Shown piece by piece: positions 16,230-25,506 of a stretch of DNA of 32,000 nt (position 1 is the first letter of the stretch; every line of letters starts with the position of its first letter). The DNA comes from Haloferax volcanii DS2 (GTDB lineage: Archaea > Halobacteriota > Halobacteria > Halobacteriales > Haloferacaceae). Position numbers and translations under genes: made by a program. The notes under the pieces were generated by a model, which saw nothing but the letters and a program-made list of their open reading frames with translations, ran no database searches and was not told the DNA's origin. The DNA is taken from positions 60,001 through 92,000 of the forward strand of contig NC_013967.1 in the NCBI RefSeq assembly GCF_000025685.1, written 5' to 3'.

Positions 16230-17447
16230 TCAGATTCGCCGTCTGACGACGAACAGGAGGACGGTCGCCAGCACCGTCGAGCCGGCGACGAGCGCCCAGC
16301 CGGCCCCGTAGCCCGTCGATTCCACGACGAAGCCGAAAAGCGGCGGGGCGACGAGGCCGCCGACGTTGAGCGCGGTCTGGCCGCCGGCGGTCGCCGCCCC
16401 GATGTCGCCGTCGTCGACGACGCCGCTCAGACAGGAGTAGAAGACGCCGGTCGAGCCGTGGATGGTGAGGCCGAGCGTCACGAAGACGGCGATGGTGAGC
16501 GCGAACGAGCCGCCGGTTCCGACGAGGAGCGAAAAGAGGGCAACCGCGCCGGCCAGTTGGACGAGCGCGACGGTGGCCGCGCCGCGGGGCCCGCCGAGGC
16601 GGTCCGCGAGGCTTCCCGCGCCGATGCGGCCGACGCTTCCGGTCACCTGCGTCGCCGCGAGGACGCCCCCGGCGAGCGCGGGACCGGTTCCGACCACGTC
16701 CTGCACGTAGAGGACGGTGTAGCCGAGCATCGAGAAGATGGACGCGCCGATGAACAGTCCGGCGGCGACGAGCGCGACGTAGGCGCGGTTGCCGCCGAGG
16801 CCGGCGAGTCGGGGGCGTTCGAGCCGTCCTGTCCCGAGGTTTCCGCGGTAGCGCGTCGCGAAGACGAGCGCGTAGCCGGCGGCGAAGACGGCGATGGCCC
16901 AGAAGCCCACCTGCCACGCGGCGACGACGGCGACGCCGGTGACGACGAGCGACGACGCCCCGCTGCCGACGGTGACGCCGACCTGCTTCAGCCCCATCGC
17001 GAGGTTCTTGCTCCCGGCGGGCGCGGCCGCGACGATGCCGCGGTTCGACGCCGGCATCGCGGTCGAGTAGGCCGCCCCGAGAAGCGCCACCGTCACCAAC
17101 AACAGGAGGTACGACGGCGGCGCGAACGTGACGCCGACGAGCGCGACCGACAGCGCCAGCAGGCCGACGACCATCACGGGCTTTTCGCCGTAGCCGTCGA
17201 CGGCCGCGCCGCTCGGAAAGAGAAACACCGTGTAACCGAGCAGGCCGGCGGTCAGGAACAGTCCGACCAGCGACTCGGAGACCGAAAACGCGTCGCGGAC
17301 GAAGCCGGTCGCCGCGAAGATGGCGTAGTAACAGAGGCTCGCGGCGGTCTGCCAGCCGGCGACCGAGCCGACGGCGCGCCACGAGCCGTCCCCCGAGTCA
17401 TCTCTCGTCTCGACTCTCGCCTCCTCTCCCGCTTCGTTTCCCGTCAC
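16230..17447 (-). CDS. MFS transporter, substrate unknown
   Basis: 405-aa ORF with about 12 hydrophobic segments and an acidic N-terminal tail. The GTG start at 17447 lies 1 nt after the hemD stop (17451..17449), so it is the last gene of the hemC-cobA-hemD unit. Confidence 0.85.
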   Translation of the reverse strand: MTGNEAGEEARVETRDDSGDGSWRAVGSVAGWQTAASLCYYAIFAATGFVRDAFSVSESLVGLFLTAGLLGYTVFLFPSGAAVDGYGEKPVMVVGLLALSVALVGVTFAPPSYLLLLVTVALLGAAYSTAMPASNRGIVAAAPAGSKNLAMGLKQVGVTVGSGASSLVVTGVAVVAAWQVGFWAIAVFAAGYALVFATRYRGNLGTGRLERPRLAGLGGNRAYVALVAAGLFIGASIFSMLGYTVLYVQDVVGTGPALAGGVLAATQVTGSVGRIGAGSLADRLGGPRGAATVALVQLAGAVALFSLLVGTGGSFALTIAVFVTLGLTIHGSTGVFYSCLSGVVDDGDIGAATAGGQTALNVGGLVAPPLFGFVVESTGYGAGWALVAGSTVLATVLLFVVRRRI

Positions 17448-17448
17448 G

Positions 17449-18192
17449 TCACTCGTGATACGTCGGCGCGGCGGTCTCGACCGCGGCGACCGCGAGCGCT
17501 TCGAACGTCGCCTCGTCGGGGACGACCGTCACGTCGATGCCGTGGGATTCCGCGGTGTCGCGGGTCGGCGGCCCGATTGCGCCGACGACCGCGTCGTTCA
17601 GGCCGGCGATGGCCTCCTCGCGGATACCGCGCTCGGCGGCGGCGTCGAGGAAGTGTTCGACCGTGAGCGACGAGGTGAACAGGGCGGCTTCGAGGTCGCC
17701 GGCGGCGGCCAGCTCGGCCGACTCGCCGGCTCCCTCGGGGCGGACGAGCCGGTAGAGCACCGTCTCGTGAACGTCCGCGCCCGCGTCGCGCAGGCCGTCC
17801 GTGAGGACGGCACTGCCGTGGTCGCTCCGGGCGACTTCGACCGTCGCGCCGTCCACGTCGGGCGCGAGGTGGTCGACCAGTCCGGCCGAGGTGTACTCGT
17901 CGGGGACGCGGTCGACCGTCCAGCCGGCGTCGCGGGCGGCGTCGGCGGTCGCGGGGCCGATACAGCACAGCACCGCGTCGCCGGGGTTCCAGCCGGCCTC
18001 GTCGAGGAGTTCGACGCCGGTCTTACTCGTCAGGACGACGAACGCGCCGGGTTCGGGCGTCGCGCCGGTCGGCTCGATTGCGAGCATCGGGTCGGGGACG
18101 GGGGTCGCGCCGAGCGAGTCGAGGAGTTCGACGGCGCGCTCGATGCGGTCGTCGTCGGGGCGGAAGACGGCCGCGCGGACCTGCTGGCTCAT
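17449..18192 (-). CDS. hemD: Uroporphyrinogen-III synthase
   Basis: The real start is the ATG at 18192 (MSQQVRAAVFRPDDD...), overlapping the cobA stop as ATGA. The 247-aa product has the two-lobed HEM4-like pattern (...VLTSKTGVE..., ...ALFTSSLTVEHF...). The 457-aa track ORF is an Arg-rich out-of-frame extension over cobA. Confidence 0.85.
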   Translation of the reverse strand: MSQQVRAAVFRPDDDRIERAVELLDSLGATPVPDPMLAIEPTGATPEPGAFVVLTSKTGVELLDEAGWNPGDAVLCCIGPATADAARDAGWTVDRVPDEYTSAGLVDHLAPDVDGATVEVARSDHGSAVLTDGLRDAGADVHETVLYRLVRPEGAGESAELAAAGDLEAALFTSSLTVEHFLDAAAERGIREEAIAGLNDAVVGAIGPPTRDTAESHGIDVTVVPDEATFEALAVAAVETAAPTYHE

Positions 18193-19070
18193 TCGTCCCC
18201 TCCCGCACCTCCGGAGGTCGGGTTCGCGTCCGCGCCCATCTCGATGGCGTCCGCGCCGCCGCCTTGCAGGAACCCCTTCACGCGGTCGCGGGTCGCCGCG
18301 ACCTCGCCGATGACGGTAATCGCGGGCGGCTCGATGTCGGTCTCGTCGCGCACGTCGACGATGGTGTCGAGCGTGCCGGTGGCGACGCGCATATCGGGCC
18401 ACGTCGCCCGCTCGATGAGGGCGACCGGCGTGTCGCCGGCCAGCCCCGCCTCGCGGAGTTCGGCGGTGTAGAGCGGGAGCTTGCCGACGCCCATGAGGAC
18501 GACGAGCGTCCCGCCGGTCGCGGCGAGCGCGTCCCAGTCGACCGCGGACTCGTCTTTCGTCGGGTCCTCGTGGCCGGTGACGAACGACACCGACGAGACG
18601 TGGTCGCGGTGGGTGACGGGGATGCCCGCGGCACCGGCCCCGGCGACCGCCGAGGTGATGCCCGGCACGACCTCGAAGGGAATCCCGTTGTCTGCGAGGT
18701 GTTCCATCTCCTCGCCGCCGCGGCCGAACACGAACGGGTCGCCGCCCTTCAGGCGGACCACGTCCTTGCCCTCGCGGGCGAGTTCGACCAGTCGGGTGTT
18801 CGTGTACTCCTGCGGGGTCCACTCGCCGCCGGCGCGCTTGCCCACGTCCTCGCGCTTCTCGACCGGAATCATCTCGAGAATCTCCGGGCCGGGGAGCTTG
18901 TCGTGGAGCACCACGTCCGCCTCGTCGATGAGGCGGGCGGCCTTCATCGTCAGCAGTTCCGGGTCGCCCGGGCCGCTGCCGACGAGGTGGACCGTGCCGA
19001 CGCCGTCGTCGTCGGTCGCGTCGTCGTTCGAGTGCTCGTCGGCTCCCGCGCGCTGGTCGTCGCCCGTCAT
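18189..19070 (-). CDS. cobA: Uroporphyrinogen-III C-methyltransferase (SUMT)
   Basis: 293-aa ORF. The motifs VHLVGSGPGDPELLT, RLKGGDPFVFGRGGEE and VVPGITSA are typical of CobA/CysG-A. It has acidic N- and Gly-rich C-terminal extensions. Confidence 0.92.
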   Translation of the reverse strand: MTGDDQRAGADEHSNDDATDDDGVGTVHLVGSGPGDPELLTMKAARLIDEADVVLHDKLPGPEILEMIPVEKREDVGKRAGGEWTPQEYTNTRLVELAREGKDVVRLKGGDPFVFGRGGEEMEHLADNGIPFEVVPGITSAVAGAGAAGIPVTHRDHVSSVSFVTGHEDPTKDESAVDWDALAATGGTLVVLMGVGKLPLYTAELREAGLAGDTPVALIERATWPDMRVATGTLDTIVDVRDETDIEPPAITVIGEVAATRDRVKGFLQGGGADAIEMGADANPTSGGAGGDE

Positions 19071-19071
19071 C

Positions 19072-20163
19072 TCACTCCTCGGCCTCCTCGCGGGCGGCGT
19101 CGACTAACTGACCCGCACCGCGGTCGCACAGGGCCGCCGCGAACTCGCGGGCGGCGTTGGCGTGGTTGCCGACGGGGAGGTCGCGAGAGGTCTTGATGGA
19201 CTCCGAACCGTCGGTCGCCAGCACCTGCACGTCGACGTGGACGTGTTCGCCCTGCAGGAGGGCGTGGACGCCGACGGGGGCGATACAGCCGCCGCCGAGT
19301 TCCGCGAGGATGGTCCGCTCGACGGTCGTCTCGACGCGGGTCCGCGGGTGGTCGAGTTTGTCGCGGATGAGTTCGATGACCACCGAGTCCGCGGCGGTCA
19401 CGGCGATGGCCCCCTGTCCGGGTGCGGGGACGAACGTCGTCCGCGGCAGGCGCTCGTAGTTCACCTTCTCGGTGAGCCCGCTGCGCTTGAGCCCGGCCTC
19501 CGCGAGGACGATGGCGTCGTACTCGGTTTCGACCTGCCGGCCGAGCGCCTGCCGTTCGAGTTCGGTGAGCCCCTCGAACCACTCGTCGGCGGTCTCGTCG
19601 AACGCCTCGTCGTGGTCGGTCTTGCCCTTCTTGCCCTGTCGCTCTTTGTCGTTTTCGACGCGGGCCTCGTGTTCGCGCTGGAGGTGCGTCGCCAGCAGTT
19701 TCTCGATGCGGGTGTCGACGTTGCCCCGGAGCGGCTCGACTTCGAGGTCGTCGCGGTAGTTCAGCAGTTGGGCCTGTCGGCGGAGCGACGACGTGCCGAC
19801 GACGGCTCCCTCCGGGAGGTCGTCGATGTCGTGGCCCTCGGCCGTCACGAGCACGTCGCCCGCGGGCGCGCGCTCGGGCACGCCGGCGACGACGAGGTCG
19901 GCGGGCTTCTCGGTCGGCATGTCCTTCATCGAGTGGACCGCGGCGTCGACCTCGCCGTCGAGGACGCGCTCGTCGAGCGCGCGGACGAACGCGCCGGTCT
20001 TGCCCAGTCGGTGGATGAGTTCGTCCTGAATCCGGTCGCCCGTGGTCTCGACTTCGACGAGTTCGACGTCGAGTCGGCGGCCCGCGAGCGCCCCCTGCAC
20101 GCTCGCGGCCTGCGCGCGAGCGAGCGCCGACCCTCGCGTCGCCAAGCGAAGTGTTGTAGTCAT
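19072..20163 (-). CDS. hemC: Hydroxymethylbilane synthase (porphobilinogen deaminase), with a roughly 55-aa charged insertion
   Basis: 363-aa ORF. The motifs are RLATRGSALA, AVHSMKDMP, GTSSLRRQAQL, LRGNVDTR and the cofactor-Cys region LGGGCIAPVG. The stop lies 1 nt before the cobA start. Confidence 0.93.
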   Translation of the reverse strand: MTTTLRLATRGSALARAQAASVQGALAGRRLDVELVEVETTGDRIQDELIHRLGKTGAFVRALDERVLDGEVDAAVHSMKDMPTEKPADLVVAGVPERAPAGDVLVTAEGHDIDDLPEGAVVGTSSLRRQAQLLNYRDDLEVEPLRGNVDTRIEKLLATHLQREHEARVENDKERQGKKGKTDHDEAFDETADEWFEGLTELERQALGRQVETEYDAIVLAEAGLKRSGLTEKVNYERLPRTTFVPAPGQGAIAVTAADSVVIELIRDKLDHPRTRVETTVERTILAELGGGCIAPVGVHALLQGEHVHVDVQVLATDGSESIKTSRDLPVGNHANAAREFAAALCDRGAGQLVDAAREEAEE

Positions 20164-20269
20164 ACGCGTCAGTCCGGCCCCCGCGTTGAAAAGCCCACCA
20201 GTTCGCTCCCGCGCGCCGGGTCGAATCCGAACGGAAGACCGATACGGTCCCCGCGCGACGACCCGGACG

Positions 20270-20659
20270 ATGCCCGCCCTCGATTCGGCCGTCCGGCAGG
20301 TCGGTGACTTCGTGGTCGTCGCCCTCCTCCTGTTCGGCCTGACCTCGGTCGTCGCGCCCCTCGACCTGTTTCTCTCGTCGGTCGGCGTCGAACCGCCGTG
20401 GTTCGCCGGCCTCGTCGCGGCCGCGCTCGTCGCGCTCGCGCTCCTCCTCGCGCGACCCCTCCGCCTCCGACTCGTCGCCTGCGTCTGGGGCGTCGGCCTC
20501 GTCGTGACCGCCGTCTGGATTCCGCTGTTGGTCTTCCTCGAACTCCAAGGAGACCCGGTCGGTATCCTCGTCTCGTGGGCGGCCGCGCTCGGCGTCGGCG
20601 TCGCCCTGACCTACCCGCCGCTGTGGCGGGCGGCCGAGGCGCGACTGCGGGTCGAGTGA
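20270..20659 (+). CDS. Small integral membrane protein (about 4 TM), unknown function
   Basis: The ATG at 20270 (MPALDSAVRQVGDFVVVALLLFGL...) is chosen from within the 205-aa track ORF. The hydrophobic segments have GC3-biased codons. It is divergent from hemC. Confidence 0.6.
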   Translation: MPALDSAVRQVGDFVVVALLLFGLTSVVAPLDLFLSSVGVEPPWFAGLVAAALVALALLLARPLRLRLVACVWGVGLVVTAVWIPLLVFLELQGDPVGILVSWAAALGVGVALTYPPLWRAAEARLRVE

Positions 20660-20782
20660 GGCGCGTTCGGCCCGGGCCGGGCCGGGTCGAAGTCGTGGCG
20701 GACGGTCCTCGCTCGCCTCGGCCGCCTCGCAGTCGTGTCGAAGTGCCGAACAGTTATCGGCCTCCGCGGCGACGACTCCGAC

Positions 20783-20968
20783 GTGAACAGGTCCGCCCGT
20801 CTCGCCCTCACCTTCGGCGTCGCGTTCGTCGTCGCGCTCCCGCTCGGCTTCATCTTCGCGCCGGACCCGACCGGCATCGCCCCGCTGTTCCTCACCGCCG
20901 GACTGGCCGCCGTCTTCGGACTGCCGGTGTACTTCGGGCTCTCTCGGGCGAGCGGGTCGGAGTCGTGA
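20783..20968 (+). CDS. Small membrane protein (2 TM, about 61 aa), unknown function
   Basis: The track ORF starts at GTG 20735, but codons 20735..20782 are poor (CGA, ACA, GTT). A TATA-like AGTTATC (20752..20758) sits about 28 nt before the GTG at 20783 (VNRSARLALTFGVAFVVALPLGF...). The start is uncertain. Confidence 0.45.
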   Translation: MNRSARLALTFGVAFVVALPLGFIFAPDPTGIAPLFLTAGLAAVFGLPVYFGLSRASGSES

Positions 20969-21001
20969 AAAAGCGCGCGACCGGCGAATCGTCGATTCTG
21001 G

Positions 21002-22339
21002 TTATAGCGCCGCTTTGTACGCTTCCAGCGTCTTCTCGATGTCCTCGTCGGTGTGGGCGTAGGAGACAAACTGCGATTCGAACTGGTTCGCCGTGAGGAA
21101 CACGCCCCGGTCTTTCATCTCCTGCCAGAAGACGCGCTCCCAGCGGTCGGTCTCGGTGTTCGACACGTCCGCGCCGGTCTTCGGACAGGCGTCGTAGTTG
21201 GGACACGACTCGACCTGCGAACAGCCGTCGACGCAGGCGTCGGCGCGCTCGGCCGCGCCGTGGCGCGTGAACACCGTCTTGAACATCGAGTCCGTGCCGA
21301 CGACGGTGTACTCGGGTGCTTGGTCTTCGAGAATATCCGTGATACCCGCCCGAAGCTTCTCGCCGAGGCGGTCGACGTGCCCGTACACGTCGTTTTCGGC
21401 GGCGTACTTCAGGTACTCGTGGCCCGCGGCCATCGTGACCGGGTGGCCCGAGAACGTGCCCGACTGGAACACGTCGCCGCCGGGGGTGAACTGCTCGACG
21501 AGTTCGGCCTTCCCGCCGACCGCGCCGACGGGGAAGCCGCCGCCGATAATCTTCCCGAACGTGGTGAGGTCGGGCGTGACGCCGAACTTGCCCTGCGCGC
21601 ACTGGAGGCCGCCGACGCGGAAGCCGGTGATGACCTCGTCGAAGATGAGGAGCGCGCCGTGTGCCTCGGTCACGTCGCGGAGGGCTTCGAGGTAGCCGTC
21701 GACCGGGTGGACGATGCCCGTGTTCGCCAGAATCGGCTCGGTCAGCACCGCCGCGATGTCCTCGCCGTGTTCCGCGAACACCTCGCGGACGGTCTCCTCG
21801 TCGTTGAACGGGACGGGGATGGTGTGGTCAGCGAACGACGAGGGGATGCCGGGCGTCGAGGGCTTCGCGCCGTCGGGGCCGCCCTCGACGAGGGTGGACT
21901 CCTGTGCGCCGTGGTAGCCGCCCTGCATGACGACGATTTTGTCGCGGCCGGTGACGCCGCGGGCGAGGCGGACGGCCGAGACGGTCGCCTCCGTGCCGGA
22001 GTTGACGAACCGCAGCATCTCGACGGAGGGGACGTGCCGCGCGACGAACTCGGCGTGTTCGACCTCGATTTCGGTCGGCGCGCCGTACATCGGCCCCGCG
22101 GCGGCGTGCTTCTGGACCGCCGACTGGACGGGTTCGGGCGCGTCGTGGCCGTACAGCAGCGGCCCGTAGCCCATCACGTAGTCGACGTAGCGGTTCCCGT
22201 CGGCGTCGATGACGTGCGCGCCGTCGCCGCGCTCGACGAAGAACGGGTACGGTTGGGTCGCCCGGACGGAGGAGTTCACGCCGCCCGCGAGCACGGACAG
22301 CGCGCGGTCGTACAGCGACCGTGACTCGTCGTGGTTCAT
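21002..22339 (-). CDS. hemL: Glutamate-1-semialdehyde 2,1-aminomutase
   Basis: The real start is the ATG at 22339 ([27 protein letters not shown]...), giving 445 aa. It is a class-III aminotransferase with the PLP-lysine region [15 protein letters not shown]. Confidence 0.93.
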   Translation of the reverse strand: MNHDESRSLYDRALSVLAGGVNSSVRATQPYPFFVERGDGAHVIDADGNRYVDYVMGYGPLLYGHDAPEPVQSAVQKHAAAGPMYGAPTEIEVEHAEFVARHVPSVEMLRFVNSGTEATVSAVRLARGVTGRDKIVVMQGGYHGAQESTLVEGGPDGAKPSTPGIPSSFADHTIPVPFNDEETVREVFAEHGEDIAAVLTEPILANTGIVHPVDGYLEALRDVTEAHGALLIFDEVITGFRVGGLQCAQGKFGVTPDLTTFGKIIGGGFPVGAVGGKAELVEQFTPGGDVFQSGTFSGHPVTMAAGHEYLKYAAENDVYGHVDRLGEKLRAGITDILEDQAPEYTVVGTDSMFKTVFTRHGAAERADACVDGCSQVESCPNYDACPKTGADVSNTETDRWERVFWQEMKDRGVFLTANQFESQFVSYAHTDEDIEKTLEAYKAAL

Positions 22340-22481
22340 GCGCGGCGGTTCGGCCGCTCGCGGGAAAGACCTTACTGGGTCGGCCGCACCTGCCGCCGTC
22401 GAACTGGCGGACGAGGCGATGCCCGGCCGACCGGCGTCGCGGGACTGCGGCGACCTATCGGTTCGCTCCGGCGGCGGCGAC

Positions 22482-23189
22482 CTACCGCGCCGTTCCGTCC
22501 GCGGCGGCGTCAGCACCGTCGGCGTCGCCGGCGTCCTCGACCGACCCGGCCAACAGCAGTCCGACCGCGTCGTTGAGCGCGTGGATACAGACGAGCGCGA
22601 CCACGTCGCGCACGAGGAGGTACATAATCGTCGTCAGGAGCGCGGGGACGGCGATTCTGGCGACCGCGCCGCGCTCCCAGCCGACGGCGTGGCTCGCGGT
22701 GAACGCGGCGAACGAGACGCCGCCCGCGAGAAGCGGGCTGCCGGTGAGTTCGAGCAGTCGCTCGATGGCGTAGCCGTGGAACAGCACTTCCTCCGTAATC
22801 CCGGCGGTTCCGGCCACGAACAGTCGGTGTCTGACCGACAGCGAACCCAACCCGGACATCCCCTCGTCGAGGCCGCCGACGCCGAGTCGGTCGAAGACGG
22901 GCGTCGTCACCGCGTTCGCGGCGAACAGGACGAAGACGCCGCCGCCGACCACCGCGACGAACGCGAGGGGGGCAAGCGAGCGGCCGGTCATCGAGGACAG
23001 CGGCCGCCCCTCGACGACGAGCACGTAGCCGCACAGGAGGGCGAAGACGGCCCACTTGTTCGCGTCGCTGACGAGGAGGTCGGCGCGGAGGTCGTCGGGG
23101 TCCGAGAGATATCGGTCGGCGAGCAGGCCGACGGCGGCCATCCCGAACAGCGCGACGGCGAGTCCGCCGAGGACAGCGACAGTCACCAC
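22482..23189 (-). CDS. CPBP family intramembrane glutamic endopeptidase (CAAX protease/Abi-like)
   Basis: 235-aa polytopic ORF with the motifs [16 protein letters not shown] and IHALNDAV characteristic of CPBP proteases. The start (GTG 23189 or a downstream ATG) is uncertain. Confidence 0.8.
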   Translation of the reverse strand: MVTVAVLGGLAVALFGMAAVGLLADRYLSDPDDLRADLLVSDANKWAVFALLCGYVLVVEGRPLSSMTGRSLAPLAFVAVVGGGVFVLFAANAVTTPVFDRLGVGGLDEGMSGLGSLSVRHRLFVAGTAGITEEVLFHGYAIERLLELTGSPLLAGGVSFAAFTASHAVGWERGAVARIAVPALLTTIMYLLVRDVVALVCIHALNDAVGLLLAGSVEDAGDADGADAAADGTAR

Positions 23190-23381
23190 GTGGAGCCACC
23201 GCTCATCGTCACGACGCTCGGTGCGGAGGGGAAAAACGGTTTCGCGTGGGTTCGGCTCTCGCCCCGTGGGGGGTCACCGGTACGTTCGGCCGAGCGCGTA
23301 TAACCCCGTCGCCCGTCAGGCTGACGACGCCGGGGACGGCTCGGCGCGACCGAACCGAACGAAAACAGCGGTCGGCGGCGT

Positions 23382-23753
23382 TCAGACCGCGTCGCGGCCG
23401 GTCTTGCCGGTGCGGACCTGCACCGCGCTCTCGACGGGGAGGGTGAACACCTTCCCGTCGCCTTTCTCGCCGGTCTGGGCGGCGTCGGCGATGGCGTCGA
23501 CCACGTCGTCGGCGGGGATGTCGGCGACGACGCACTCGATTTTGACCTTCTGGTGGAGGTCGACGGTGTACTCCTCGCCGCGCCACTGACTCTTTTTCGC
23601 GGGCTGAGAGCCGCGGCCGGAGACGTTGGTGACGGTGAGCGACGGCGCGCCGATTTCGGCCAGCGCGGTCTTCACGTCCGAGAGCTTGTCGGGGCGGATG
23701 ACCGCCATCACCATCTTGATTTCGCCGTCGTTCGGAGCGTCTGCATCACTCAT
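23382..23753 (-). CDS. glnK: P-II nitrogen regulatory protein GlnK (copy 1)
   Basis: 123 aa. The core [12 protein letters not shown]...[10 protein letters not shown]...ECVVAD...[17 protein letters not shown] has the P-II fold signature. It starts 3 nt after the amt stop. Confidence 0.95.
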   Translation of the reverse strand: MSDADAPNDGEIKMVMAVIRPDKLSDVKTALAEIGAPSLTVTNVSGRGSQPAKKSQWRGEEYTVDLHQKVKIECVVADIPADDVVDAIADAAQTGEKGDGKVFTLPVESAVQVRTGKTGRDAV

Positions 23754-23756
23754 GGG

Positions 23757-25127
23757 TTAGTCCTCCCGTCCCGTCGTCATGAATCCATCCCCGCTCGGGA
23801 CGCCGGAGCCGTCGGTGCGGATGCCGGTGTCGTGGTCGGGCGAGCCGAACTCGGGGTAGGTGTCCACGCCGTGTTCGGCCGTGTCGAGGCCCTCGCGCTC
23901 GTGGTCCGAGGAGACGCGGACCTGTCCGAGGGCGCGGAAGCCGTCGAAGACGACTGCGGTGGCGACGAACGTCCAGATGGCGATGACGCCGACGCCGATG
24001 ACCTGCGGGACGGCCAGCGAGACGAACGACGCGCCGTCGTGCCACAGCGGGACGGCGAACACGGGGTAGAGCAGCGTCCCGAGGACGCCCGCGGAGCCGT
24101 GGACGGGGAAGACCGCGCACACGTCGTCGATGCGGAGGCGCTTTTCGACGAACTCGAAGACGACCGGGAGCTGCGCGCCGGCGAGGAGGCCGACGACCAG
24201 CGCGCCCGGCCAGACGATGTCGTCGGCGATGGCGGTGATGCCGACCAGGCCGGCGAGGACGCCGTTGGCGACGTAGAGCGTGTCGACCTTGCCGGTCTTG
24301 TACATGGCGACGCCGCCAGCGCCGATTGCGCCCGCGGCCATGCCGAGGGTCGTCACGAGGGCGACCCGGCCGACGTAGGCGAACGAGCCGAGCGTGACCG
24401 CGCCGTCAGCGTACGCGAGCGGCGCGGCGGCGGTGCCGACGTTGAAGCCGTACCAGCCGAACGCGAGGATGAGCGTACCGAGGACGGCGAACGTGATGGA
24501 GTGACCGGGAATGACGTTCGCGGTGCCGTCGGGCTTGAAGCGGTCCATGCGCGGGCCGATAATCCACGCCGCGGTGAGGCCGGCGATGCCGCCCATGCCG
24601 TGGACGATCATGCCGCCGGCGAAGTCGTGGAAGCCGAGGGCGTCGAGGAAGCCGCCGCCCCACGTGAAGCCGACCACGACGGGGTAGATGACGCCCGCGA
24701 TGAGGATGGTGTACGTGAGGTACGCGCGGAGCCGGGCGCGACCCGCCACGGCACCGGAGACGATGGTGGCGGCGGTCATGGCGAAGACGGCCCCGAACAG
24801 CCAGTCGACCCACGCCGTCGTCGCCGAGGCGTCGGGCGCGTAGAGGCTCATGAACGCCCCGGTGATGTCCAGCGCGGAGCCGCTGGTGAGGGCGGCGACG
24901 ATGGACGACACGGCCGCGCCGAGCAGGAAGAACACGATGACGCCGATACTCCACGTCAGCAGGTTCTTGGTCAGTTGGTTGGCGACGTTCTTCGCGCGGA
25001 CCTGCCCGGCTTCGAGCATGGCGAAGCCGGCGTGCATGAAGAAGATGAGGAACGTGACCGTGAGGACCCACACGAGGTTCACGCCCTCGACGACCGAGGC
25101 GAGGTCGGTCTGCAAGGGTGTCAACAT
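23757..25127 (-). CDS. amt: Ammonium transporter Amt (copy 1)
   Basis: 456 aa, about 11 TM. The Amt signatures are [30 protein letters not shown] and DDVCAVFPVHGSAG (twin-His pore). Confidence 0.95.
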   Translation of the reverse strand: MLTPLQTDLASVVEGVNLVWVLTVTFLIFFMHAGFAMLEAGQVRAKNVANQLTKNLLTWSIGVIVFFLLGAAVSSIVAALTSGSALDITGAFMSLYAPDASATTAWVDWLFGAVFAMTAATIVSGAVAGRARLRAYLTYTILIAGVIYPVVVGFTWGGGFLDALGFHDFAGGMIVHGMGGIAGLTAAWIIGPRMDRFKPDGTANVIPGHSITFAVLGTLILAFGWYGFNVGTAAAPLAYADGAVTLGSFAYVGRVALVTTLGMAAGAIGAGGVAMYKTGKVDTLYVANGVLAGLVGITAIADDIVWPGALVVGLLAGAQLPVVFEFVEKRLRIDDVCAVFPVHGSAGVLGTLLYPVFAVPLWHDGASFVSLAVPQVIGVGVIAIWTFVATAVVFDGFRALGQVRVSSDHEREGLDTAEHGVDTYPEFGSPDHDTGIRTDGSGVPSGDGFMTTGRED

Positions 25128-25506
25128 ACGATGCCTCCGGCGAGCGGTTCGAGCTGGGAAGTTGGACAGTCGTTCATATTGGTGCTCGATTCGCGACCGA
25201 ATGTCTCGCGAACCATGAGAGATGCTATCTCAAGACGTTCATATAACGGTTCGCGTTGACAAACGTCTACAAAATGGTGTTCTGAGAGACGTATGTCCGA
25301 TATAAGATGAAATATGTCTTGTATAAGGTCGTAAGGTTGGCACTCAGTGAACAAATGTTGCCACACAACCCTACGAACGTAGTGTCGGAAAAGTAAACAG
25401 AACGACGTGGGGCGTTCGTCGAACCCCGGTCAGGTGCGCACTCGCGCGGACCACGACGAGAGCGGCGAAAGGAGACTTCCAGTCGGCTTCGGTCGCAGTT
25501 GCGCGC

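Noticed and set aside
16105-17382. 425-aa Arg-rich ORF overlapping the MFS gene in another frame (similar: 16458..17666 on the plus strand)
   Set aside because: It contains poly-Arg/Pro/Gly text typical of off-frame translation of GC-rich DNA. The MFS frame has coherent TM helices.
18193-18822. N-terminal 210-residue extension of the hemD ORF (track ORF 17449..18822)
   Set aside because: The extension is Arg-rich and overlaps cobA out of frame. An ATG at 18192 forms an ATGA overlap with the cobA stop and gives a normal-length HemD.
19067-20548. 493-aa minus-strand ORF over hemC in another frame, and the 381-aa plus-strand ORF 19162..20307
   Set aside because: They are off-frame and antisense shadows of hemC. 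They have Arg/Gly/Pro-rich composition and no motifs.
22447-22484. 11-nt direct repeat GCGGCGACCTA (22447..22457 and 22474..22484) between hemL and the CPBP gene
   Set aside because: It is a short GC-rich repeat, and one copy overlaps the CPBP stop codon. It is most likely chance in GC-rich sequence.
23553-25259. 568-aa plus-strand ORF antisense to glnK/amt copy 1 (similar ORFs lie antisense to copy 2)
   Set aside because: It is a shadow frame with Asp/Gly/Arg/Val-rich composition. The opposite strand carries unmistakable Amt and P-II signatures.
25121-25366. 81-aa ORF in the amt1 upstream region, and the 60-aa ORF 27387..27569 in the amt2 upstream region, considered as protein genes
   Set aside because: They have low GC, non-acidic Cys/Trp/His-containing composition and poor codon usage for this genome. 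I treat the regions as regulatory or leader DNA. Only the short start-proximal uORF geometry is kept as a low-confidence finding.
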